Below, in pieces: positions 46,824 through 60,857 of a DNA stretch of 64,000 nucleotides (position 1 is its first letter; every line of letters begins with the position of its first letter). The stretch lies in the NCBI GenBank assembly GCA_002269645.1, contig NIVC01001705.1, positions 1 through 64,000 of the forward strand, written 5' to 3'. Under the pieces are notes generated by a model. That model saw nothing but the letters and a program-made list of their open reading frames with translations, was not told where the DNA came from and made no database searches. Made by a program: the position numbers and the translations under genes. Source of the DNA: Macrostomum lignano. Lineage: Eukaryota.

Positions 46824-49752
46824 ATGGACGGCACTCGTCAGCGGCAGCAGCAGCAGTCGGCGACTCTGGCCAACTTCAAGGAGGATGTGGCGCTCCGTCA
46901 CCGGTTAGCGGAGCTGACCCGGGCCGGCGCCATTGTCAGCGCAGCTGTGGCTTCCGAGCAGGCGGCGCTATTTCGGCGCTACAATCGGCGCCTGGCGGCC
47001 ACGCGAGCGGCACTGGCGAAACGAAGCGGCGATCGGGAAACCGCCAGGCGCTGGCGGCTTCGCCTGCAAGCAGCCTCGGCGACGCCTGCCGAGCGGGAGC
47101 TGGAGCGGCGAGACCTGCAGATGGTGCTCCAGCAGCGGGGGCAGGTGACTTTCATTTTTTTCACAAGACCTACGGCTTCCCCCCCTCCCCCCCCAGTAAA
47201 AGCTATGGGGGACATGCCAATGCATTGTCCCCCTCCTCCCTACCTAGTAACCCGTTAGGGAAATCAATAAATTTTCTTAAGGGCACCAAAATGAGTGCCT
47301 GCGGCGCCAAAAGAGTGGCTGCGGCGCTAAAATGACCGCTGACAACACCGATTCTCAAAATAATGGACATGTAGGAATGTAGTCATGAACACGTTGAATT
47401 CTTGGCTTTGTCCTGCCCCCATAAAATGCATGGCGACGCCCCTGTGTTTGCCTATAGGCCATGGACAACTAAATTAGGACACTACGGTTTCGCAGCAAAA
47501 GGTATTGTCGGTATTGGGAGTTTATATGTTTTATAATACATTTTATTCCTCCATAGAATTTTAATTCTATTAATATAACTACACCAGCAGTATCAATTAC
47601 ATGTACTGATAGGAGTACTCAGAGAAAAGGGATGCTTACGAAGGACGGGAAACTTTCTTTCTTTAGAAAATACCTCGAGACTGGTTTCTCGGGAAAAGCC
47701 CTACCGACATGGGCTTGATCTTTTCACTTTTCACCACAGCTCCCCTGTGCCCCATCCTCCCCTGTGCCCCATCCTCCCTGTGCCCTATCCTCCCCTGTGC
47801 CCCATCCTCCCCTGTGCCCCATCCTCCCCTGTGCCCCATCCTCCCTGTGCCCCATCCTCCCCTGTGCCCCATCCTCCCCTGTACCCCATCCTCCCCTGTG
47901 CCCCATCCTCCCCTGTGCCCCATCCTCCCCTGTGCCCCATCCTCCCCTGTGCCCCATCCTCCCCTGTGCCCCATCCTCCCCTGTGCCCCATCCTCCCCTG
48001 TGCCCATCCTCCCTGTGCCCCATCCTCCCCTGTGCCCCATCCTCCCTGTGCCCCATCCTCCCCTGTGCCCCATCCTCCCTGTGCCCCATCCTCCCCTGTG
48101 CCCATCCTCCCCTGTGTCCCATCCTCCCCTGTGCCCATCCTCCCCTGTGCCCCATCCTCCCCTGTGCCCCATCCTCCCTGTGCCCCATCCTCCCCTGTGC
48201 CCATCCTCTCCTGTACCCCATCCTCTCCTGTGCCCCATCCTCCCCTGTGCCCCATCCTCCCTGTACCCCATCCTCCCCCTGTACCCCATCCTCCCCTGTG
48301 CCCCATCCTCCCCCTGTGCCCCATCCTCCCCTGTGCCCCATCCTCCGTGCCTCATCCTCCTCTGTGCCTCATCATCGATCTCATGTGCTCCATCCTTCTC
48401 TGTGCCCCATCATCAATCCTCTGTGCCCCATCATCCCCTGTGCCCCATCCTCCCCTGTGCCCCATCCTCCCCTGTGCCCCATCCTCCCCCTGTGCCCCAT
48501 CATCCCCTGTGCCCCATCATCCTGTGCCCCATCCTCCTCTGTGCCTCATCCTCCCCTGTGCCCCATCCTCCCCCTGTGCCCCATCCTCCCTGTACCCCAT
48601 CCTCCCCTGTGCCCCATCCTCCCCCTGTGCCCCATCCTCCCCCTGTGCCCCATCCTCCCGTGCCTCATCCTCCTCTGTGCCTCATCATCGATCTCATGTG
48701 CTCCATCCTTCTCTGTGCCCCATCATCAATCCTCTGTGCCCCATCATCCCCTGTGCCCCATCCTCCCCTGTGCCCCATCCTCCCTGTGCCCATCCTCCCC
48801 CTGTGCCCCATCATCCCCTGTGCCCCATCATCCTGTGCCCCATCCTCCTCTGTGCCTCATCCTCCCCTGTGCCCCATCCTCCCCCTGTGCCCCATCATCC
48901 CCTGTGCCCCATCATCCTGTGCCCCATCCTCCTCTGTGCCTCATCCTCCCCTGTGCCCCATCCTCCCCCTGTGCCCCATCATCCCCTGTGCCCATCATCC
49001 TGTGCCCCATCCTCCTCTGTGCCTCATCCTCCCCTGTGCCCCATCCTCCCCCTGTGCCCCATCATCCCCTGTGCCCCATCATCCTGTGCCCCATCCTCCT
49101 CTGTGCCCCATCCTCCCCTGTGCCCCATCCTCCTCTGTGCCCTATCTTCCTGTTCCTCATATTCCATTTTCTCCGGTCTGAGACAGAAAAAATCCCAGAC
49201 CTTAAACTTTATAAGTGTTATCGCAATCGTTTAAGTTGTGGGTTTTGAAGACCTTACCGTGTTGTAAAATTTCGAGCTTATGAAACGGCCTTGTCCTTGA
49301 ATAACCTTCAGGGCAGGTGCAGCGGCAGTCCGCAGCTCACCAGCCAGCTGCTGGCAGCTGTGGAACGCCGAGTTGCCGAGTCCTCCGACCGGTCGCCTGG
49401 CAACCAGCAGCTGCTGGAGCTGGACAGGCGCCGCCGGGCCGAACTTCGACACGCCGATCGGGTCCGCGAGTTCTGCGACAGTCTGGCTCGACTGCGACTG
49501 CCCGCCGCTGCCGGTAGCTTAACAGACCAGTCGTCAGTCTCGCCTGCGACAGACTACTACGCCAGCAGGTCGCTGTCTATGCTGGCAGTAACTGCGGGCG
49601 GCTCCAGGACAGCGCTGGTAGACCAATCTGTCCCAGAAAGGGAGGCTGAAGGCTGTCGTCAGCGCCTCGTTCAGCGTCCGCAGACATCGGGCCCAGCCAG
49701 CAACTTGACCTTTCGCAGTGTGAAGCTGCCGACTGGCTGGAGTGCTGACTAG
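46824..49752 (+). CDS. Uncharacterised two-exon protein, 253 aa, N-terminal predicted coiled coil
   Basis: Exon 1 46824-47144 (CAG|gtgact) and exon 2 49312-49752 (ttcag|GGC), phase 0; GC-rich, coding-like composition similar to the neighbouring genes. Confidence 0.6.
47150..47444 (-). mobile_element. hAT MITE family B copy
   Basis: Reverse orientation; ends GGCGACGCCCCTG. Confidence 0.7.
47740..49140. repeat. C-rich minisatellite, 17-18-bp unit TCCCCTGTGCCCCATCC
   Basis: Direct reading; source of the ~490-aa PHPPLCPIL ORFs. Confidence 0.95.
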
Positions 49753-49780
49753 ACTGGCTAGAATACAAACTGCACTGAGC

Positions 49781-50186
<406 letters not shown>

Positions 50187-51494
50187 GACAGATGAAGCTT
50201 ACTGTTGGATTGATTAATGCAACTATGGCCAACAGTTAAATACTTATTGGTTTCAAAAATCAAATGCTTAAATCGCAACGTGATCCAGTGTATCAAACAA
50301 TTATCGCAAATTATAACTAAATCTTGCGTCGTTGCGAATTAACCTCTATTTGTTATACATAGCTACACCAGATTTATTGAAGTAAAATTTAACCTATACT
50401 CTGAAGCAAACAATATTTAAAACTAAACAGTATAAAACAGAAGCAAAAAAAAACTAAATTTCGCCCAAAAAACGGTGTGTAGAAAGGTATTTGAGATTAT
50501 TTAAGGATATATCCGATAAAATAAAGGTCAATCAGTTTGTTAAAATTAATTAAGGGAACACGGGAAACGCGTGCCTTTTTCGTTCCTGCAAACTAGAAGT
50601 CATGTGTAAGTGAATAATTAAAAATTGAACGAGCATATACGAGTATATAAGAGCAATTGTCAATTCCATCCTTTCAAAAAATATTTTCATTTTTTAAATT
50701 AAGCTATTTAAACTACAACAGCTTTAGCTTTTGATGCAATTCATGGAAATAAATGAAATTACAAAATGAACATTTAATTCATAGTTTCATGCCATGAAGG
50801 AAAGCAATTCTATTATTAGAGATAACGCCTATTGGGAATCTGTTTTCCAAGGTTCAAATCAACAGTACGTTTAGCAGTAAGTCAGAACAAGAGAATGTTA
50901 AAATTTTAACGTTCATGAACAGCATTCATAATTAATTGTACTTTTAGAATGTATTAGTTGAGTAGCTAGCTACAAAGCTTCAAACGGTACATGTGGCATA
51001 CAAAATATTTGCTTTTCGAATTTTTGTGTGTAAAAATAGTTTTTTATTTGTTTCTGAATTACAAAAAACCCTAATATATCTGGAATCATATTCTTGTCGA
51101 TTTGTCCTAACGTGAATTGATGATTAATTGATTGTCTGCGCCTGGGGGGTTGGACCTTGAGTTGTGAATCGCCGCTCACGGAATCATACCAAGGGGTTGC
51201 AGCGCGAGAGTCAGATGCGTTTGCTGCTGAGCTGCTCTGCCCGCTAATTAGGATTTAGGTTAGGTTTAGGGTCAGTTGCCAGTCAGAATTTAAAAAATTC
51301 CAGTTACTTTGTTTAGTACGATTGCTTTGCTCTGCAGGTATAGCGTTTCTGAAAAAAATGGTTGGATCAACCTCAAGCAAAAGACACTCAGTTGCAAGGA
51401 AAATGTGCATGATTTTCGAATCTAGCGCCCGCGGCCTTCAGCTACTTTTAGTTGTCCATGTTTTCATCCTTTGAATTGCCAGTCTGCAATCGTT

Positions 51495-54400
51495 TCAAAC
51501 GGTCGAAGATTGAGCGGCAGTGGCGCCGCCAGCGTTCTCGTCTGTCGATGCCGCAGAGGTTGGAGCGTCCTTCACCAGTGCCTGGTAGACTTCAGATCGA
51601 AGGAAACGCTGGTAAGAGTCCTTCTCCATCAGAGCTTGGATTCGTTTCTGCGCCTGCTCAAATAAATGACTGTCCGGGCTGCCCATCGCATTGATGGTTG
51701 CTAGACGGGTGGTGCTGTCCAGGTTCACCTGCAGTTGCGATGTTGGCAGCGGCTTGAGGGAATGGCGGGCAGCTTGATGCTCCGACAGGAGGTTGAAAGC
51801 AAATAGAGTCAATTTATTTGGTTTGAGTAAGATATAGCCAAAAATCATAATTTTAGTAAATTTTTAGTAACATTCTTGTAATTCGTTACCCCGTTGGCCG
51901 AAATGACTGACATGTGGCTCTGGGCTGAAGCTAGGACATTGTCTTGAAACATTTAACTATGCTTCATAGTCGTATGCTTCTCCATACTCCATATGCTCCT
52001 CGTCCAAAGCAGAATAAAGCACAGTCGGTGTGGCGTTGGCCAGGCCAGGGGTGTGGGGGGCGGCGAGCCCCCCACTAGCCTTACGGAAGCCAGGGTGAGG
52101 GGGCGAGCCCCCCACATTTGGCAACCCCTACCTAACAACAACAACAACCCCTTTGACATCTCCACCCAACAACTAAACCAAATATAGCCTAAGCTTCTTA
52201 GTTAGTTTTTATATCGGGCCATAAAAGAATAAGAGCAAATAACACATCGTCCCACCTTTGAAGACGACAGCGTCTTCATTCACTAGTTTAAACAGGCGTT
52301 AAAATGTCCGTCAAACGTCCCCTCTCCGTTTCCTTGTCAATTCTATAGTCTATGGTCAAGTCATCCTATCACCAAAGACAAAAGCTATGCTTATCTCGAA
52401 ACAGTTACCTCTCTTGGCGCCTGGAAGGCCACAAATTCCGTGTAAATCTTCTGCGCCTTCAACGTCTGCTTCTTTAATCCAATTAGGCCGCGATATTCTT
52501 CACAAGCGATCCAGAATTCGATGTTTTCGTCCGAGTACTCGGTCTTGAGGAAGGCCCTGAATAGGGCGAGGCCGTCTGTAATCGAATCAATTTTTGAGAG
52601 CTGAATCTGTTACATAAAAATGCTACTTATTGACCTGAAACTATATGATTCATAACAGAATTCCCGACAGTGAACGCTATACCGTCTGAGGCTTTTTGTA
52701 CAGAGCCAAAAGATCAGTCATCAGCTCACTCGATTCGATATACAACTCGATATTCATGAACCCCCAATGAAATATCAGATAAGCCATTGAGAATGACTAC
52801 TGCTGGTATAAAAGTGACGGTCCATCAGTACAGCAAAATCGTCTTTACTTGCTGTTTGCAGTAAATTGTCAGGCATAGCTACAATAGGAAGCATCAATGC
52901 ACAGAACTGGCCCTTACACTTGTCATTCAGCAGGCAGTCAAAGGAGGCTCCCCAACGTTGCACCTGATCCGACGAGGGCTTGAAATTCGGCCGCAGGCTG
53001 GACGACTTCTCCAACGCAGCCGTCGTATCCGTCGACCTTCTCGACAAGAAGCCGAACTTTTCGCCTCTGCAAGGAAAGCCGCGGAAATCCCGTGAGACGC
53101 GCTCGGCTGATGAAACAGAAACCATCTGCATTTTTGCGGCTTGCAATCCACTAGCTACTGAATTATTCAGGGACCACTGGCACTGAGGGGGAGTCCATGG
53201 ACAGGGCAGGGAGGGATCCCTCTGCTGCAGTCTGGGAATTCCCGAATTCAGAAGTGTCAACCTGTCTTTCCTCTGGCCCACTTTAATCCCGCCAACTGAT
53301 GCGGATTCTTCTGTCCATGGTCTCAAAGGAAATGAGTTGGTAGCTGCTATTCTAAGTCAAGCCAAGGGTCTGGGTGCTGCCCTGCTTTTGGAGCTGAAAT
53401 TGAGGACAGTTTGAGTTGGCAGTCTGCAACGGCAGTCAAAATTTTAATATAAAAATTGCAAAAGTAGCCGAAATTGTTTCAACTAGTTGTTTCACAGAAC
53501 AACACAGAAAACCATGATTAAGGGCTCTTACCGGATGCACTAGATCTATCCTTGTTATTTGCACTAGATCTATCCTTGTTATTTGCACTAGATCTATCCT
53601 TGTTATTTGCACTCCATCTATCCTTGTTATTTGCACTAGATCTATCCTTGTTATTTGCACTAGATCTATCCTTGTTATTTGCACTAGATCTATCCTTGTT
53701 ATTTGCACTAGATCTATCCTTGTTATTTTCCCTAGATCTATCCTTGTTATTTGCACTAGATCTATCCTTGTTATTTTCCCTAGATCTATCCTTGTTATTT
53801 GCACTAGATCTATCCTTGTTATTTGCACTAGATCTATCCTTGTTATTTGCACTAGATCTATCCTTGTTATTTGCACTAGATCTATCCTTGTTATTTGCAC
53901 TAGATCTATCCTTGTTATTTTCCCTAGATCTATCCTTGTTATTTGCACTAGATCTATCCTTGTTATTTTCCCTAGATCTATCCTTGTTATTTTCCCTAGA
54001 TCTATCCTTGTTATTTTCCCTAGATCTATCCTTGTTATTTGCACTAGATCTATCCTTGTTATTTGCACTAGATCTATCCTTGTTATTTGCACTAGATCTA
54101 TCCTTGTTATTTTCCCTAGATCTATCCTTGTTATTTGCACTAGATCTATCCTTGTTATTTTCCCTAGATCTATCCTTGTTATTTGCACTAGATCTATCCT
54201 TGTTATTTTCCCTAGATCTATCCTTGTTATTTGCACTAGATCTATCTTTAACAGAGTCAACTATTGCAATATTTGGCGGACGATTACAAAAGCATGAGGG
54301 CTCAAAAGCCAGAATCAGTCGATAAATATATTGTAATATTAGGCATGCACAAAGTACGTGCGTACAATACAATCAATAAATTAAAAGGCAACTTGAGCAT

Positions 54401-57400
54401 GCCCCCAACCCCCCAGCGCAGGCCAACCCCAAAACCGCAAATGCAAACTCTCAATATCAAGTCATCACATCCCTTCGCACTTAAGTATGAAAGTAAGATT
54501 AACAAAAATTAACACTATTAGTAATAATTAAAAAAATATTGAAGCGAGCAACACAACTAAGGTACTAAAATCGAGTTCATCAACAACAGTTACTTCAGCT
54601 GTAAGTCAGTCGCTCAGGTACAGCGCACTTCCTCATCGAACGGCGAAGCTGCGGCATGGCGTCAGGCTCCGCCGCAGCCTCAGTAGCAACGCCGTCAGCA
54701 AAAACTTCGGATGCGTCCTTCGGCACCGCATCGCACTGCGGCACCGCATCGCACTGCGGCACCGCTGCCGCTGGTACCGCCGGCTTGGTCGGAAGCTGAC
54801 TGACCTCGGCCGGCTTGCGCACCTGGTCCACGTGCCTGTGTGCGTCTCTGCCGTCATCGAACCGGCACGTGAAGTCGACCGCACCAGAACTTTCCGTGAC
54901 TGTCGCCGGTCTCCAGCGTCCGTCTCTCGCGAAGTCTCGCGCCAGCACCGAGTCGCCGACATTAATGCGGCGGTCGTGCGCGTGGGCATCGTGCTGCTCC
55001 TTCTGCAGTGCCTGCTGGACAGCCACCCGGGCGGGCAGGTCAGGGCGGACTCGGTCGAGCAACGATTTCAGCCTCCGCCCCATCAGCAGCTCGCAGGGAG
55101 CCGTCCCGGTAGTCGCATGCGGCGTGACTCGGTACGTCAGGAGGAACCGGGAGACTCGCTCCTCCAGAGAGCCGCTTCGCTGCTTGGCCAGCGCACGCTT
55201 CAGAGTCTGAACTGCTCGCTCTGCTTGGCCGTTGGACGCCGGGTGGTACGGAGCCGTGCGCACGTGCCGGATGCCGTTCTTGCTCAGGAATGTCTCCATC
55301 TCCGCGCTGACCAGGTTCGGACCGTTGTCAGAGACGATCACGTCCGGCAGACCGTGAGTTGCAAAGCTCGACCGCAGCTTCTCGATAGTCGCAGTCGACG
55401 ACGTCGAAGGCATCACATGCACGTCCATCCACTTGGAGTGAGCGTCCACGACAACCAGCAACATCCGGCCCTGGACTGGCCCGGCGTAGTCAATGTGCAG
55501 GCGCGACCACGGCTTGTCCGGCCACGCCCACGGCTGCAGTGGAAACGGACCTGGCGACTTCTGCATCTCCTGGCACTCGGTGCACGCGGCGACCAGCCGC
55601 TCGATCGCCTCGTCCAGCTTGGGCCACCAGAAAACGCTTCGAGCCAGCGCCTTCATTCTCGTGGCGCCCTGGTGCCCCTGGTGCAGGCAGTGCAGCAGCG
55701 CCTCTCGACCGGCCTCGGGAACTACGACTCGGCAGCCCCAGAGCAGACAGCCGTCTTGGGTGCTCAGCTGGTCGGCTCGCGTGCAGTACGGCTGCAGCTC
55801 AGGCGGCGGCCGCTCTGGCCAGCAGCCGGTCTCAGTGAAACGCAGAACTCGGAACAAGTCCGGGTCTGTCCGAGTCCACGTCCGGATGTGCCGAGCCGTC
55901 ACCGGTCCCTCGTCCAGGAAGTCCATGAGTAGGACGACTTCAGCGGGAGTTGGCGCTTCCTTCGGCTTCTCCGGCAGCGGCAGCCGACTCAGCGCATCGG
56001 CTCGAAGCAGCGACTTGCCCGCTCGGTGGACCATGGAGTACTGGTAGCCGGCCAGGAGCAGCGCCCACCGCTAGATTCTGCTTGGATTCGGCTTGGACTG
56101 GTGCAGCAGACCGAGCAGCGGCTTGTGGTCGCTCACCAGCTTGAAGTCTCGCCCGAACAGGTACATGTGAAATTTCTTAACTCCGTAGATGACCGCGAGC
56201 GCCTCCTTCTCGAGCTGGGAGTATCGGGTCTCTGCTTCATGTAGCGTGCGAGAGGCGAAGGCGATCGGCCTATCGACTCCGTCGATTCGGTGGCTGATGA
56301 CGGCGCCGATGCCGTAAGGCGAGGCGTCGCACTCGAGCACCAGCGGCTTCTGACGGTCAAAATGCGCAAGCACCGGTGCCTGGCTGAGTAGCGACTTGCA
56401 CCTGCGAAACGCCTCGTCCTGCACAGCGTCCCATCGCCAGGGGGCGCCCTTGTTCAGCAGCTGGTTCAGCGGCGCCAGTTCGGTTGACAGATTGGGCATG
56501 AACTTGCCGTAATAATTTACCAGCCCGAGGAAGCTGCGCAGCTGCGTCTGGTCGCGGGGCGGTGGCGCGTCCTGGATCGCCCGCACCTTGTCCTGGAGAG
56601 GGTGCAGCCCTTCGGCGTCGATTCGGTGCCCGAGGTAGCTGATGCTCTGCTGCATAAAGCTGCACTTGCTCAGGCCGCACCGGAGGCCGCTCTGCTGCAG
56701 TCGCCGAAGGACCTGCTCCAGCGTCTTCAGGTGGCTGTCATCATCCACGCCGGTAACCAGCAGGTCGTCAACAAAGCAGGTGACGTGGGGAATGCCCTGC
56801 AGGAGGCAGTCCATCTGGCGCTGGAAAATGCCGACAGCGGGAGCAACTCCGAACGGCAGTCTCGTGTACCGCAGCAGCCCCTTGCTGGTGTTGATGGAGC
56901 AGAGTTCTTGCGAGGCTTCGTCCAGAGGCAGCTGCGAGTACGCTTGCGACAAGTCAAGCTTGGTGAATTTCTTTCCGCCGGCCAGTTTCGCGAAGAGCTC
57001 CTCGATTCTCGGCACCGGGTACGTGTCGGGCTCGACGTCGAGGTTCACCGTTTGTTTAAAATCAGCGCATATGCGGACCGAGCCATCTGTCTTTAAAACG
57101 GGTACGATCGGAGACGCGTAGTCCGAGCTGCTCACCGGCTTCAGCACTCCCTGTTCGATCTCTTTTTCGAGTTGCGCCTCGACCTTCTCCTTCAGCGCAA
57201 GCGGGACGTTCCTGGCCTTGAAGAACCTCGGCCGCGCTGAGGCTTTCAGCTGCAGCCGAACCGCGGGCCCCGTGTACCGACCAAGGCCCGGCTCGAAAAC
57301 TTCGGCGTACTTGTCCAGCAGGCTCTTGAGTCCTGGTTGCCCTGACGGATGCTGTTGCACCTGCTTGATGTCTCGCCACGATGGTGGTCTTAATTGGCGG

Positions 57401-59505
57401 AATCTTGCCGCCTACGGCGGCGGCCATCACGTGCAGCGAGAAAGCCTCCTCATCTGCCTCCTCCGCCTGCAGCTCTTGGACGGTCGAGCCGACGCGACGA
57501 TTAGAAGCTCGCTGTGGCCCCGCCGATCTCTCGTCCCGCTGAGCAGGCGGTGCTGCCTTGCACGCAGCAGCGATGTGTCCGGTTTTCGAGCATGCGTAGC
57601 ACCTACTATTGATGAACGGGCACTTGGCAGCCAGGTGGCGCTGGGACAGGCATCGATAGCAACGCTTCGCTGACGGCCCGCTGGCTGCCTCCCGCCGGGC
57701 AGAATGGTGAAGTGCGTGCACCGTGTCAGAGCCGGCGCCTTTAGCCACCAGCAGGTTGCCTTGAGCGGCCGACTCGTGGGCCTGCGCCAGCGACAGCGCC
57801 GTGTCCAGTGAGAGCTCCTTCTCTGTGAAGAGCCTCCGCTGAATGGAATCATCACTGATCCCCAGGACCAGTCGGTCCCTGAGCATGCTGCTGAGGCCAA
57901 CGCCGAAATTGCAGTCCAGAGCTAGCTTACGCAGCTCAGCCAGGAACTCTGCCACCGACTCGCCTGCCTGACGGCTTCTGCTGTAGAACCTGAATCGCCG
58001 TACGATCTCTGGTGGGGTTGGATCAAAATGCTCCTTCAGCTTAGCACAGATGGCGTCGTAGGTCGTGTCCTTCGGCAGTGCCGGTGACAGCAGGTTTGAT
58101 ATCAGCTGGTAGGTGTCCCTGCCACAGATGCTCAGCAGCACGGCTCGTCTCTTTTCATTGTTGATTTCATTTGCTGTGAAAAAACTGTTCTAAGCGCTCC
58201 TGGTACTGCTGCCAGGTCTCAGTGCCCTCTTCAAAGGGTCCTATTGAGCCTATAAGACTCATTCCTCGTCGCCACTTTAACAGAGTCAACTATTGCAATA
58301 TTTGGCGGACGATAACAAAAACACGAGGGCTCAAAAGCCAGAATCAGTCGATAAATATATTGTAATATTAGGCATGCACAAAGTACGTGCGTACAATACA
58401 ATCGATAAATTAAAAGGCAACTTGAGCATGCCCCCAACCCCCCAGCGCAGGCCAACCCCAAAACCGCAAATGCAAACTCTCAATATCAAGTCATCACACT
58501 ATCCTTGTTATTTGCCCTAGATCTATCCTTACTATTTGCACTAGATCTATTCTTGCAAAATGCACTAGATCTATCCTTGCAAAATGCACTACATCTATCC
58601 TTGTCATATGCACTACATCTATCCTTGCAAAATGCACTAGATCTATCCTTGTCATATGCACTACATCTATCCTTGCAAAATGCACTACATCTATCCTTGT
58701 CATATGCACTACATCTATCCTTGCAAAATGCACTAGATCTATCCTTGTCATATGCACCACATCTATCCTTGCAAAATGCACTAGATCTATCCTTGCTAGA
58801 CGCACTATATTTCATTATCCAGCATCATCATCCAGAATCAGCTCACATGCTCTTCTTCTTAGTCTTTGCCGCCTTCTGCTGCAGATCGCTGGAACCCCGA
58901 CGCGACTCCTCGAACTGCGAGCAGGACGATAGTCGGCGAACCTCGTTCGCGAAGTCCCCGCTGCCGAGGCTGCCCCGGCCCTCGTAGGCTGCGGCCGACC
59001 ATTCTGGAGCTCGCGACTGCGGCAAAGGCACATGAAGTACATGATGTAATTTATAAAGTACACATTTTAATATCACACTGAAACAATGCAGAATCTCCCC
59101 AATTGTCTATGGCAGAAGTTGCTTAGAGTAGCTTAATCTGTAATGAGGACATTCGGGTGTACAGCGGGCCTCTCCTGACGAGAGAGGCAGCGAGAATCTC
59201 ACCCCGCGATGTCGCAGAAACAGTGCGTGCGCCGGCGGAGCCACCGAGGCGGCGGAGGTGGAGGCAGCGGCGTTGGCCTTGACGCTTTTGACGTCTTCAG
59301 CCGCCGCAGTCGGTTCCTCTTCGTTCTCAGCGTCATCGTCGCAGGCGGCTGAAGCTGCGGCGGCGGCAGAAGCGGCCGTGGACGAGCCGAGCACCGGGGA
59401 CGCCTGTGGAAGTCGGCGACGCGGAGAGGCGGAGTGAGAGGAGAGGGTCGGCGCTGGAGCTGACACTTTGCGGTGCCGGAACCAGTTGCCCGCTCTGCTG
59501 TTCAT
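51495..59505 (-). CDS. Regulator of G-protein signalling (RGS domain) protein, ~5 exons
   Basis: RGS exons are firm: ~53150-52918 (WGASFDCLL), 52575-52409 (YGLALFRAFLKTEYSDENIEFWIACEEY), 51728-51495 (VNLDSTTR...FEQAQKRIQALMEKDSYQRFLRS). Upstream exons 59505-59203 and 59016-58847 are phase-compatible but less certain. Confidence 0.85.
53545..58800. repeat. 24-bp minisatellite CTAGATCTATCCTTGTTATTTGCA, split by the gypsy insertion (53545-54246 and 58499-58800)
   Basis: Direct reading. Confidence 0.9.
54247..58498 (-). mobile_element. Ty3/gypsy LTR retrotransposon (Mag-like), defective
   Basis: 223-bp LTRs at 54247-54469 and 58276-58498 (4 mismatches); 5-bp TSD CTATC; PBS TGGCGACGAGGA. Gag with two CCHC knuckles, RT (FVDDLL), RNase H (CDAS, SDHKPL) and integrase (HQGHQG...C..C, HIDYAGP, SDNG, NGQAER). 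Gag is frameshifted near 58180, protease is deleted near 57365, and there is a stop at 56071-56073. Confidence 0.95.
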
Positions 59506-59957
59506 GACTGCGCTGAGCTTCTCTGGCTAACTGCTCCCCCACAGCCCCCCTATCAATTTATCCCCGACAGGCCTTCGGGAGCTTATTGGCTAGAGCTCTG
59601 TCAAGTTCTTCTTATACTCTAAGGACAGGCCCCAGTCTTTCAGAGAAAATGTATCTGATAATTCGAAATCTCTTCCGAAGGAATGCATTATAACAAGACA
59701 ATTTACATACTTCAAAAATGTATTAGCAAAAAATCGTTTGATGCTACACAAGGACAACTCAAGTAGGACAAAAAAACTAGGTTTCTTGGGAAAAAATTTA
59801 TCGAAAAAAATACATCATGGAGATTGGAGGGCTTCATTTTTACAGCACAAAAAATGTTCTTGCTTTTGATAGGAGGCAGACACAATGTTCACCGTTTGAT
59901 ATGTTGTGCCTTTCTTATAGCTCTAGTAATATTTGTAGAGCTTTGTTTAGAAAACTA

Positions 59958-60195
59958 GGAATCGGGGAACAGGGCCGCTTCCTCCACCCAGGGAATCGGG
60001 GAACAGGGCCGCTTCCTCCACCCAGGGAATCGGGGAACAGGGCCGCTTCCCCCACCCAGGGAATCGGGGAACAGGGCCGCTTCCTCCACCCAGGGAATCG
60101 GGGAACAGGGCCGCTTCCTCCACCCAGGGAATCGGGGAACAGGACCGCTTCCTCCACCCAGGGAATCGGGGAACAGGACCGCTTTCCCACCCAGG
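59958..60195. repeat. 34-bp tandem repeat GGAATCGGGGAACAGGGCCGCTTCCTCCACCCAG
   Basis: About 7 copies. Confidence 0.9.
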
Positions 60196-60614
60196 GTATT
60201 GGGAACACAATTGTTGGGATGGAAGTTTTGTATTTTGTTCCTTTAGGCAAACCGCTGAGAAGTTGCTTCTGAGACGCACCCCAGTCCCCCTGCGGGCTCC
60301 ATCAGGCAATGAGCACGCTTGGTGGCTTCTCAATCAGCGGCTAGTCTGTTGAGTCCGGCTCAGGATTTCTGGATGAGGTTTCCGGGCCAGTCGGGCGTGA
60401 AATCCGATTCAAGAAGGGAGCCGAGACCAGCGAGAACTGCTGTCTTCTTGCAAATATTGAACCAGAGTCAATTTAGAATCTTGTGTTCTTTCGCTTGCTT
60501 CTAATGATTCGAGTTTGTTGTCCATATGGTAACATTGTCAGCATGATAGTTCTGATAATTTATATAAAGTGTTCTTGTCATTCAGGTAGGGAACTTAATT
60601 GCTAATCAATAGGT

Positions 60615-60857
60615 GAGGTTGTCCTCATTCGAGTGAGATTGTTCTCATTCGGGTGAGGTTTTCCTCATTCGGGTGAGGTTGTCCTCATTCGGGTGAGGTT
60701 GTTCTCATTCGGGTGAGATTTTCCTCATTTGGGTGAGGTTGTCCTCATTCGGGTGATGTTGTCCTCATTTGGGTGAGAGTTTCCTCATTCGGGTGAGGTT
60801 GTCCTCATTCGGGTGAGGTTGTCCTCATTCGGGTGAGGTTGTCCTCATTCGGGTGAA
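60615..60857. repeat. 20-bp tandem repeat GGGTGAGGTTGTCCTCATTC
   Basis: About 12 copies; the unit is quasi-palindromic (GAGG...CCTC). Confidence 0.9.

Noticed and set aside
47663-49248. ~490-aa Pro/Cys/His-rich ORFs in all frames
   Set aside because: C-rich minisatellite inside an intron.
54633-57900. Long antisense or alternative-frame ORFs over the gypsy element
   Set aside because: Expected shadow ORFs of GC-rich coding sequence.
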